Shown here one piece after another: positions 1 to 8,516 of a stretch of DNA of 64,000 nt (position 1 is its first letter; each line of letters starts with the position of its first letter). Under the pieces are notes generated by a model, which saw only the letters and a program-made list of their open reading frames with translations, was not told where the DNA came from and did no database searches. The stretch spans positions 5 to 64,004 of the forward strand of contig JAOAGR010000002.1 of NCBI GenBank assembly GCA_026415655.1. The letters run 5' to 3'. Source of the stretch: Candidatus Dojkabacteria bacterium. GTDB taxonomy: Bacteria > Patescibacteriota > Dojkabacteria > JAOAGR01. The translations under genes and the position numbers were made by a program.

Positions 1-18
1 GATGTGTATAAGAGACAG
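1..18 (+). other. Nextera/Tn5 mosaic-end adapter remnant (library artefact)
   Basis: GATGTGTATAAGAGACAG is the 19-nt mosaic end AGATGTGTATAAGAGACAG minus its first base; it sits at the contig edge and cuts the ilvD frame. Confidence 0.95.
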
Positions 19-275
19 TTACAATACCATACGTTGAATCCTTTTTCTTTTAACTTTTTGACTATGATATCGCCAAGTTCCCTGAGATGTGCGTGACCAG
101 GAATATGATTTGTAAACGAATTGATAACAGTGATAAATGGTTTGTCCTTATCTTGAACACTATTGATGACACCAGCACCTATCATCAAAGACAGGGCTGG
201 CAGCATATGAAGACTTTGTGTAAGTATTTTACTTCCTTTTTGTTGTATCTGTTGAAATCCAGGATTCAGTGACAT
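19..275 (-). CDS. ilvD: Dihydroxy-acid dehydratase, 5' fragment (truncated at contig edge; not in ORF track)
   Basis: Hand translation from ATG at 275: MSLNPGFQQ...DKDKPFITVINSFTNHIPGHAHLRELGDII..., matching the IlvD/Edd N-terminal KPxI...PGHxHL motif; lies directly downstream of ilvC. Confidence 0.85.
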
Positions 276-284
276 TTTTATTTA

Positions 285-1337
285 TTATTCTTTTTGATTT
301 TCTGGTCTTAATTTTCTCACCTGTTCACCAGCTTGCCACATTTCAGAATTTCTCATTTTTGCTAACTCCGCATTTAGTTTTTCTCTGTAATTCTTTTGTT
401 TATTTTTTCTAATTACTCTCTGAGCTTCTTTTCCAGATGCTACTGATCTATAAAGTTCTTTAAACACTGGCATTACTGCCTTTTTAAATCTATCTTTCCA
501 GTCCAAAGCTCCTCTTTGTGCGGTTGTCGAACAATTAGCAAACATCCAATCCATTCCATTTTCAGCTATTAAAGGAATTAAACTTTGTGTTGCTTCTTCT
601 ACTGTCTCATTAAATGCTTCGGATGGTGAATGCCCCATTTTTCTAAATAGTTCGTACTGGGCCTCCATGATACCGGCCATTGCTCCCATCAAAACACCTC
701 TCTCACCGACAAGGTCAGAATATACTTCCTTTTCAAATGTAGTGGGGAAAAGATATCCTGCACCTATACCGATACCAATGCTTATAACTCTATTTCTGGC
801 TTTGCCTGTAGCGTCTTGATAGATAGCAAACGATGCATTGATACCTTTTCCCTCTAAGAAATGTCGTCTTACAGACCTTCCAGCTCCTTTTGGCGCTACT
901 AAAATTACATCTACATCTTTAGGAGGAATTATCTTTGTATATTTAGAAAATGTTATACCAAAGCCATGAGAAAAACACAATGCTTTTCCATCAGTAAGAT
1001 ACTTTTTCACTTTGGGCCATACCTCGATTTGTCCGGCATCAGATAAGAGGTAGCATATGATTGTACCTTTTTCTGCTGCTTCTTCTATTTCAAAAAGGGT
1101 TTTTCCTTCAACCCAACCATCAGCAACTGCCTTTTCCCAAGATGGAGTTCCTTTTCTTTGACCAATAATAACATTAAATCCATTATCTCTCAGATTAAGA
1201 GCTTGTGCTGGACCTTGTACTCCATAGCCTATTATGGCTATTACCTCATCTTTTAATGTTTCTTTTGCTTTTTCTAGTGGATATTCTTTCTTGGTGATGA
1301 CTTCTTCTACGACACCACCAAAATTTATTTGTGCCAT
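285..1337 (-). CDS. ilvC: Ketol-acid reductoisomerase (Bacteroidota/fungal-like type)
   Basis: IGYGVQGPAQALNLRD Rossmann motif, FSHGF, VAPKG, EVYSDLVGERGVLMG, CSTTAQRGA. Confidence 0.96.
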   Translation of the reverse strand: MAQINFGGVVEEVITKKEYPLEKAKETLKDEVIAIIGYGVQGPAQALNLRDNGFNVIIGQRKGTPSWEKAVADGWVEGKTLFEIEEAAEKGTIICYLLSDAGQIEVWPKVKKYLTDGKALCFSHGFGITFSKYTKIIPPKDVDVILVAPKGAGRSVRRHFLEGKGINASFAIYQDATGKARNRVISIGIGIGAGYLFPTTFEKEVYSDLVGERGVLMGAMAGIMEAQYELFRKMGHSPSEAFNETVEEATQSLIPLIAENGMDWMFANCSTTAQRGALDWKDRFKKAVMPVFKELYRSVASGKEAQRVIRKNKQKNYREKLNAELAKMRNSEMWQAGEQVRKLRPENQKE

Positions 1338-1497
1338 AGCAACTAATTAATAGCATTTTTGTTTATATATATCAAGATACTCATATTATTTACTGTGTAC
1401 ATATTAATATATATCTAATCCACCTAACTTTGATCATTTGCTGATACAACAGTAAAGTTTGTATTAGACAAAATTTTGTTATAAAATACTTAAACGT

Positions 1498-1583
1498 GCC
1501 GGGGTGGCGGAATGGTAGACGCTACGGACTTAAAATCCGTTGCCTGCAAAGGCGTGAGGGTTCGAGTCCCTCCTCCGGCACCA
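1498..1583 (+). tRNA. tRNA-Leu(TAA)
   Basis: Acceptor GCCGGGG/CTCCGGC, anticodon arm ACGGA-CTTAAAA-TCCGT, long variable arm, GGTTCGAGTCC T-arm, encoded CCA. Confidence 0.96.
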
Positions 1584-1706
1584 CTTAATTTGATTTTATT
1601 TATCTGATTGATCTGAAATGAATTTCTGAAAGTGCAATTATCTTTTTATTGATTTGGTTTTTTAGTGATAAATATTTTGTATTACAATATTTTATCAATG
1701 TAAGTT

Positions 1707-2165
1707 ATGAGTTTTCTTAAAGCGATTTTCAAAACTAGATATGAACAATTTTTCACTTACATTCTGACAGGATTAATATCTTTTTTTGTAGATTTTGGGG
1801 CCTATAATGTTGTGTTTTTCGTTTTGATTAATTTTGGTTCGAACAGAGAAATGTCTAGTATCATTGGCAATTTCATCGGTATGATATTGGGACTGATTAC
1901 TTCATTTATCGGTAATCAAAAGTATGTTTTTAATAAATCGAAAGATACTATGATGAGTAATTTTTCTAAATATACTTTGCTATTTTTGTTTAATTACTTC
2001 GCTTCTTCGGGTTTGATTATTGTTTTATCTTATTTTTTAAGTTTTATTTTAGATATTTTCAATTTATCATCAACCGACTTAAACTATTCTCTATCTAAAT
2101 TTCTAGTGATGTTCATTCTAATTTTCTGGAATTTTTTTATGTACAAAAAAGTAATTTTTAAATAA
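1707..2165 (+). CDS. GtrA-family flippase-like membrane protein
   Basis: 152 aa, 4 hydrophobic segments, F...Y...G...F.VD, SF..N.KYVF and WNF...K..IF GtrA motifs. Confidence 0.85.
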   Translation: MSFLKAIFKTRYEQFFTYILTGLISFFVDFGAYNVVFFVLINFGSNREMSSIIGNFIGMILGLITSFIGNQKYVFNKSKDTMMSNFSKYTLLFLFNYFASSGLIIVLSYFLSFILDIFNLSSTDLNYSLSKFLVMFILIFWNFFMYKKVIFK

Positions 2166-2182
2166 AATCTAATTTAATTATT

Positions 2183-3100
2183 ATGAAAAAAGTCTCTATC
2201 ATAATACCAGCCTATAACGAATCAGGGCAGTTAGATATTACTATTGAAAATTTAGAAAAAGCTTTATCTGATGCTGAGTTTAAAAAAGAAATAGTTATTG
2301 TGGATGATGGATCCACTGATGATTCATGGGTGCGGATAAAGCAGCTGAAAGAAAAATATAAACATGTTGTGGGTATAAGATTTAGTAAAAACTATGGAAA
2401 AGATAATGCAATATTTGCAGGATTAAAGGCGGCTAGTGGAGATGCTGTTGTAGTTTATGATGCAGATATGCAGTTTCCTGCAAATATGATATTGGACATG
2501 TATAAATATTGGACTACTGGATATAAAATTGTCGAAGGAATCAAGGAAAATAATGATCCATCAAAAGATGAAATATACCAATTTTTTGCTAATTTATTTT
2601 ACGTTATTTTAAAGATTTTTACAGGTTTTGATCTAAAAAGAAATTCTGATTTCAAGTTTCTGGACAGGCAGGTAGTTGATGTAATATTGCAGCATGAAGA
2701 AAGTAACGTATTTTTTAGAGGAATTGTCGAGACTTTAGGTTTTCCTAAACTTTCTTTACCATTTAAGGTACAAAATCGCATAGTAGGATCTAGTAAATGG
2801 ACATTTAAAAACTATTTAAATATGGTATATAATTCCATAATTCCTTTTACCACGTTACCCCTTCAATTAAGTGTAATATTTACTGTAATTTTTTTTGTAT
2901 TTTTGATTTGTTTATCTGCTGAGACATTTTTGCGATGGCTAATTGGATTTTCTGTTGAAGGTTTTACCACTGTTATTTTACTTATAATCATATCAACTAT
3001 AGCTATATTACTTAATCTTAGTATTTTAGGTATTTATATAGCCAAGATCTATAATGAGATAAAACGTCGGCCCAAATATATTATTTTAGAAAAAGTATAA
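2183..3100 (+). CDS. GT2 polyprenyl-phosphate glycosyltransferase (GtrB/ArnC-like)
   Basis: IIIPAYNE, VDDGSTD, NYGK, DADMQ, two C-terminal TMs and an EIKRRPKY tail. Confidence 0.92.
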   Translation: MKKVSIIIPAYNESGQLDITIENLEKALSDAEFKKEIVIVDDGSTDDSWVRIKQLKEKYKHVVGIRFSKNYGKDNAIFAGLKAASGDAVVVYDADMQFPANMILDMYKYWTTGYKIVEGIKENNDPSKDEIYQFFANLFYVILKIFTGFDLKRNSDFKFLDRQVVDVILQHEESNVFFRGIVETLGFPKLSLPFKVQNRIVGSSKWTFKNYLNMVYNSIIPFTTLPLQLSVIFTVIFFVFLICLSAETFLRWLIGFSVEGFTTVILLIIISTIAILLNLSILGIYIAKIYNEIKRRPKYIILEKV

Positions 3101-3104
3101 TTTT

Positions 3105-5357
3105 ATGTTGGCATTTATCCTAATTAGTATTTGGTTTTGGTTAGGTTATATTGTTGTAACAAAATTTTTAAAGATCGAACGTATTACTAAATGCTATTCA
3201 ATTTTGGATAAAAAAGTAAGTATAGACAAATGGTTTTTGTTATTTCCTGCAAGTTTTCTAATCGGAACTCTTATTTCCAATTGGATTGTTTATGCTTTGG
3301 CTTATCTGCTACAAGGTGCAAATAATAAAATCCTGATTTCTAATATTATTTTTATAGTCTTTTTGATAATTTTGTCTTTATTTGTATATAGAGATCAACT
3401 GATAAAATTTATAAAATATAAAAGATCGTTAAATTGCTTGCAAACAACTATTAAATTGATTCGATCCAATATCGTTGGGTATTTAAAAAAGAACTTGCAT
3501 GAAATATTAATGATTCTTTTTTTCTTTATTTTTGCTAGTTTTTTAATGTTTTATTCTTTCAGAATAGAGGATGACACAATTTTGATGGGACCGAGCGTCT
3601 ATTCGGACATGTCGGCTCATATAACAATGATTCGTTCTTTCTCCTTTGGGGATAACATACCGACAAGATATCCGTTTTTTTATCAAGATCAACCGACTAT
3701 TAGGTATCACTTTATGTTTCAATTTATGGTAGCAAATTTAGAGATCTTTGGTTTGCCTCTGGACTGGGCTGTAAACGTGCCGAGTATTCTTTCTCTGGTT
3801 TCATTCCTAATGCTTCTTTATGCATTATCAACTCTTTTGTTTGGTAAAAAATTAATTTCAACTCTTGTTATTTTATTTTTTATTTTTCGTACAGGGATGG
3901 GCGGGTTTTATTATGTAAACGAGCTTTATCAATATATTGATGGTGGAAATCTGACAAAAGGTTTAGAAATTAAAAATAAATTTACGAATCCACTGGTCAT
4001 GAATGATAAAGAAATTGATAGTGTACTAGAAGGTATTATAAATACAGACTTTTTCATGGGTAAAACACAGAATGAAATATGGGGGTTGTACAACATAAAT
4101 GTATATGCAAATCAGCGTCATCTTAGCTTTGGGATGAGTATAATGCTTTTGATATTGATATTTGTAATTAGAGATATGTTGATATTTTGGAGAAAGTTAA
4201 GGTATAAATTACAGAATACAATTTCTATTAATAAAATAAAAATCTTAATAAGAGATTTGTTTCTTACAAAATCTGCTTGGTTTCCAAAAGATTTATGGAT
4301 TTACTTTGTCTTGGGTATTATTTTAGGATTATCCGGTTTTTGGAACGGTGCAGTCTTAATCTCTACATTGTTGATTTTATCAGTGCTTACACTGTTTTCT
4401 AGATATAAACTCAGATTAGTCACATTGATAATTTTGACCTGTATATTATTCTTTTTACAAGTAAATTTTTTTATTGGTAGTAATGTAGAGACCAATACAG
4501 AAACTATCATTAAATTTGGTTATCTAGCGGATATACCATATGATATCCAATATAATCTACATCAACTAATCGTCAAGAAGGATTGGTTTGAGGCTTTTTT
4601 GTATCTTTCTAACATTATTCCATATGTGATTAAATTTATTTGGGATTTATTGGGAGTTTTTGCGTTAATTGTTGTTATTTTACTTATATTTAAGAATGCA
4701 ACCTACAGAATAATAATTATCTCATTTCTAATGCCATTTCTTTTTGCCTTTACAACCAATCTTGCTGTCGAAATAAATATCAACCATAAATATATATTGA
4801 TATCGGTCGTTTTATTAAATATATTTATCGTCTATTTCTTTTATAGGTTGTCCAGATCAAAATATATAACTAAATTTATTGTTGTCGTTCTAATCTTAGC
4901 CTATATATTTACGGGTATTTTAGATTTTATTGCCTTTGTAAATTTGAATAATAAAAAATATGCTATTAAGTTTGATTTGAACAATGAATTTTATAAGTGG
5001 ATAACAAAGAATACAGAGCGGGATGCTGTATTTGTAACCGGTTATGTGACGGTATATCCTGTGGGTTATGCGGGTAGATATTATTTTGCAGCATGGCCCT
5101 ATTTTGCATGGTCGGCAGGATACGATACTTATGGTAGAGAGAAAATTTTACAATCAATTTATTCGGCATCAGATATAAAAGAATTGAGAAAAATCTTAGA
5201 TGATAATGATATTGACTATGTCATTATAGATTCTGCAGTATTGAATAATGATTTATTTGAAGTCAATGAATCTATATTTAGAGCAAATTATAAACTGGTT
5301 TATACATCGGAAGATGCAGTCTATGGAAGAGTGAGGGTATATGACGTAAGAGATTAG
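3105..5357 (+). CDS. Multi-pass membrane protein, probable GT-C glycosyltransferase
   Basis: 750 aa with many TMs, an early loop SD..AH...RSF...N.P..YP...YHF and a C-terminal soluble domain; third gene of a GtrA-GtrB-like operon. Confidence 0.65.
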   Translation: MLAFILISIWFWLGYIVVTKFLKIERITKCYSILDKKVSIDKWFLLFPASFLIGTLISNWIVYALAYLLQGANNKILISNIIFIVFLIILSLFVYRDQLIKFIKYKRSLNCLQTTIKLIRSNIVGYLKKNLHEILMILFFFIFASFLMFYSFRIEDDTILMGPSVYSDMSAHITMIRSFSFGDNIPTRYPFFYQDQPTIRYHFMFQFMVANLEIFGLPLDWAVNVPSILSLVSFLMLLYALSTLLFGKKLISTLVILFFIFRTGMGGFYYVNELYQYIDGGNLTKGLEIKNKFTNPLVMNDKEIDSVLEGIINTDFFMGKTQNEIWGLYNINVYANQRHLSFGMSIMLLILIFVIRDMLIFWRKLRYKLQNTISINKIKILIRDLFLTKSAWFPKDLWIYFVLGIILGLSGFWNGAVLISTLLILSVLTLFSRYKLRLVTLIILTCILFFLQVNFFIGSNVETNTETIIKFGYLADIPYDIQYNLHQLIVKKDWFEAFLYLSNIIPYVIKFIWDLLGVFALIVVILLIFKNATYRIIIISFLMPFLFAFTTNLAVEININHKYILISVVLLNIFIVYFFYRLSRSKYITKFIVVVLILAYIFTGILDFIAFVNLNNKKYAIKFDLNNEFYKWITKNTERDAVFVTGYVTVYPVGYAGRYYFAAWPYFAWSAGYDTYGREKILQSIYSASDIKELRKILDDNDIDYVIIDSAVLNNDLFEVNESIFRANYKLVYTSEDAVYGRVRVYDVRD

Positions 5358-6364
5358 ATAATTATATTTACTTCATATTCCAATTCTATATCAAATTTAT
5401 TTTTGACATTTTTTTTGATTATATTGGCAAGCTCTAGGATATCTCTACCTGTTGCATTGTTTTTATTCACCAGAACTAGGGCGTGATTTTGATGTACTGC
5501 TGCTCCTTTGTGTACATAACCCTTTAGTCCACATTGTTCTATTAGCCATCCGGCAGGTATTTTGACAAGAGATTCTGTATTTGTTGGATAAGTGGGCATA
5601 TTGGGATATTCTTTTAATAGTTTATTCGCCAAGTTTTTTTCTATTTCTGGATTTTTGAAGAAACTCCCAGCATTGCCGATTTTATTTGGATTGGGCAATT
5701 TTTTGCGACGGATATATGTAATTATATTTGCTATTACTTCAGGTGATATCTTTTGTATTTTTCTTCGTTCTATTTCTTCTTTGATTCCTGCGTAGTCTAG
5801 TTTGTAATTATGTTTTTTTATCGTTAATTTTAGACCAATTTCTGTTATGAATACTTTATTTTTTAATTCTTTTTTGAATATGCTGTCTCGGTATCCAAAA
5901 TTACATTCATCCTTCGTTAAGACGAGAAATTTTCTGTTAATCAGATCAAAGCACTTTACGTATTCTACAGATTCTGCGATTTCTACACCATAGGCCCCGA
6001 TATTTTGTATAGGTGCTCCGCCGACTGTCCCTGGTATATAAGCAAGATTTTCTATGCCTCCCCAGTTATTTTTGGTAACAAATTTTACTAGTTTAGTCCA
6101 CGACTCGCCGGAATTTATTGATAGATAAATGTAATTATTGACTTCTTTAGTTACCTTGATACCATTTATTTTGTTATGAATAACCAATCCGTCAAAATCA
6201 TTGACAAATAGAATATTTGATCCACCGCCAAGAATAAAATATTTCCGATTTAGATCTAAGGTCGCTAAATCTTTAATATCATCAATTATCATGTATTCAC
6301 GTGCCCTCGTGTGTAAATGAAAAGTATTTATCTTACACAGATCCTTGTTTCTGTAGTGTTTCAT
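5354..6364 (-). CDS. murB: UDP-N-acetylmuramate dehydrogenase
   Basis: LGGGSNILF, IPGTVGGAPIQNIGAYG, FGYRDSIFK, GNAGSFFKNP, HALVLVN, LEYEV. Confidence 0.96.
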   Translation of the reverse strand: MKHYRNKDLCKINTFHLHTRAREYMIIDDIKDLATLDLNRKYFILGGGSNILFVNDFDGLVIHNKINGIKVTKEVNNYIYLSINSGESWTKLVKFVTKNNWGGIENLAYIPGTVGGAPIQNIGAYGVEIAESVEYVKCFDLINRKFLVLTKDECNFGYRDSIFKKELKNKVFITEIGLKLTIKKHNYKLDYAGIKEEIERRKIQKISPEVIANIITYIRRKKLPNPNKIGNAGSFFKNPEIEKNLANKLLKEYPNMPTYPTNTESLVKIPAGWLIEQCGLKGYVHKGAAVHQNHALVLVNKNNATGRDILELANIIKKNVKNKFDIELEYEVNIII

Positions 6365-6911
6365 TTTTATCTTGCTTCTCCCATTTTACGTCTTCTTTGC
6401 CATTTAATAAATTCAGATATCTAGCCAAAACAAAAAGATAATCTGATAATCTATTAAAAAAGATCAATATCTCTTTTCTGATTATCTCCCTTTTTACATT
6501 TATTTTTACTATTTTTCTTTCAACTCGACGACAGACAGCGCGACAGATATGTGTATGGCTAGCAGCCTCACAACCACCAGGTAAAATGAAGTTTGTGAGT
6601 TTTGGTAGCTGACCTTCTATTTTATCAATAGACTTTTCGATATGTATGATGTCATTGTTATCGATAGATGCTTGATCAAATCCTGCTACTTCAGCGCCTA
6701 TATCAAAAAGAATACTCTGAATCCAACGAATATTTGATATCACTTCGTGACCAGTTTTTTCTCTAGATAATAGATAGTTTAGATAACCAAGATGCGAATT
6801 AAACTCATCAATTTCTCCACATAGATCAATACGAGGATTATCCTTTTTTACTCTTTTTCCACTGGCAAGTGATGTAAAACCACTATCGCCTGTGCGGGTG
6901 TAGATGGACAT
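6333..6911 (-). CDS. PduO-type ATP:cob(I)alamin adenosyltransferase
   Basis: IYTRTGDSG, FILPGG, RAVCRRVER and NRLSDYLFVLAR signatures. Confidence 0.92.
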   Translation of the reverse strand: MSIYTRTGDSGFTSLASGKRVKKDNPRIDLCGEIDEFNSHLGYLNYLLSREKTGHEVISNIRWIQSILFDIGAEVAGFDQASIDNNDIIHIEKSIDKIEGQLPKLTNFILPGGCEAASHTHICRAVCRRVERKIVKINVKREIIRKEILIFFNRLSDYLFVLARYLNLLNGKEDVKWEKQDKNETLQKQGSV

Positions 6912-7011
6912 GAATTCTATTTTAGCTTATTAAAATGTATATTTCTTGTTTTAGACATTTATTTGTCTAAATTTTATTATGTTGATATATGTGAATGAGT
7001 AGAATTTATTA

Positions 7012-7596
7012 TTACCTGCTAAATATAACTTTCTTTTCATCCTCCAAAACCCCTTTACTCGTCCCAAATCTTGGATATAAATTAAGATTCTTTATAAAAA
7101 TATGTCTATTTATTGCAGAAATTTCTTTAAATTCTACAGCTAGAGAAAAGGTGCCTGAGTTTATATTGTTCACTGGTAAATTATCTGAAAACCGTTCTGA
7201 TAAGAGCTTTAGGTAACTGTCGACCATTATCTCACTTAGTTTATATTTTTGAATCAATTTGTTTTTTATTTTTAATTCCTTCTTCTTAAATTTTTGTTTG
7301 GTTATTCTTATTTTTTCTTTTAATGTATGATTTTGATAATATGTTAATATTTGTCTGTAGGTAGGCTTGAAATACAATGCAAATTCTGTCAAGTTGGTAG
7401 CAATATGAATTAGCTCTGAGTCATGAATATCTTGATGAATGTAATTTATTTTTTCTATTACTGATCTAATTATTTCCTGTTTTATCGAGTTACGTATTTG
7501 TTTTTTTTGATGTGTGGTATTCGATGTTTTTCCGGAGTGATATATCATAAATATCAGAGAATAATCCGACCATGTTGATAAGCTCAAAAAGGACAT
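7012..7596 (-). CDS. Hypothetical protein; possibly the C-terminal part of the 7490..8491 gene (frameshift at an A8 tract)
   Basis: Overlaps the upstream ORF by 107 nt; removing one A from the A8 tract at 7501-7508 fuses the two frames. Confidence 0.45.
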   Translation of the reverse strand: MSFLSLSTWSDYSLIFMIYHSGKTSNTTHQKKQIRNSIKQEIIRSVIEKINYIHQDIHDSELIHIATNLTEFALYFKPTYRQILTYYQNHTLKEKIRITKQKFKKKELKIKNKLIQKYKLSEIMVDSYLKLLSERFSDNLPVNNINSGTFSLAVEFKEISAINRHIFIKNLNLYPRFGTSKGVLEDEKKVIFSR

Positions 7597-8491
7597 CCCT
7601 GATTGGGATAGGATCTGTATAATAAATTGAAATCTTATGTGTAAAACTCACTTGGTTCGGTTCACAAATAATATCTCGTATAAATTTGGCATTATGGCCT
7701 GTGGATTTACGTATTAGGTTTGTTATGATGTTATTGTTGTATATATAAAAAATCTCATTAAATATTCCTATATGTTTTAGTAGTTCATCAGGTGTTGGAA
7801 TTTTGTTAATTAGATTTTTTTGAATAGTAGCTTCATCAATATAAGTTACATGAAAATGTCCATCAGGAGCGCTTTGGCATCCGCGTGACAGGCCATATCT
7901 GTTTCTGGTGTAGTGATCAGCGTGACCTATCATTCCATAGATGTGCAAGTTCTGGTGGATAGAATCTTTATAATACTCATACATTATTTGTATGGCGTCA
8001 TAGATCTGATCCGCTATCATTTTTGTGCAGCTTCTTATCGATTCATTATCCTTTCTAGCTAAATCCAATATATTGCATCTTTGAGGACCTGAATCGGTAT
8101 TTTCAAACCACCAGATGATTAGTTGGGAGGGGATTAAATTTCCCTGATATTCCATCATATCAAGTGTATGAGGTGATGCAGCTAGTGTATTTATCCCGAC
8201 AAATTCTTGATTTCTGTACTGTTTTCCTACCTGCGTATTCAGTAAACTATCAAAAAAGTTTGCGTCCGTATTATCAGTTCTTGGAACAAAGGTAGGTATT
8301 TTGATAAATGGCAATCGATATTCGATTTTCTTTAATTTTTTATCAACCTTCTGAAATAGATTTATTAACCTGATTTGATTTTTCACTAAAATTATTATAA
8401 AAAATTTAAATCTTTTGTAGTAATTAATCGATATATATACAAATATATTGCAAACAAATAAATTTTGTGATAAAAAGGTATTTATCCTCAA
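7490..8491 (-). CDS. Hypothetical protein with a HIT-like motif
   Basis: GCQSAPDGHFHVTY resembles the HIT GQ...HxHxH region; the true start is probably downstream of 8491. Confidence 0.5.
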   Translation of the reverse strand: MRINTFLSQNLFVCNIFVYISINYYKRFKFFIIILVKNQIRLINLFQKVDKKLKKIEYRLPFIKIPTFVPRTDNTDANFFDSLLNTQVGKQYRNQEFVGINTLAASPHTLDMMEYQGNLIPSQLIIWWFENTDSGPQRCNILDLARKDNESIRSCTKMIADQIYDAIQIMYEYYKDSIHQNLHIYGMIGHADHYTRNRYGLSRGCQSAPDGHFHVTYIDEATIQKNLINKIPTPDELLKHIGIFNEIFYIYNNNIITNLIRKSTGHNAKFIRDIICEPNQVSFTHKISIYYTDPIPIRDVLFELINMVGLFSDIYDISLRKNIEYHTSKKTNT

Positions 8492-8516
8492 AATTTGATC
8501 TATTTATTAAATTGCT

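Noticed and set aside
1-18. Possible IS50/Tn5 transposon end
   Set aside because: It matches the synthetic mosaic end at the contig edge, and no transposase is nearby.
87-272. 61-aa plus-strand ORF
   Set aside because: Antisense shadow of the partial ilvD, which has recognisable motifs.
1498-5357. Prophage or integrative element at tRNA-Leu
   Set aside because: No integrase, phage genes or duplicated tRNA 3' end found.
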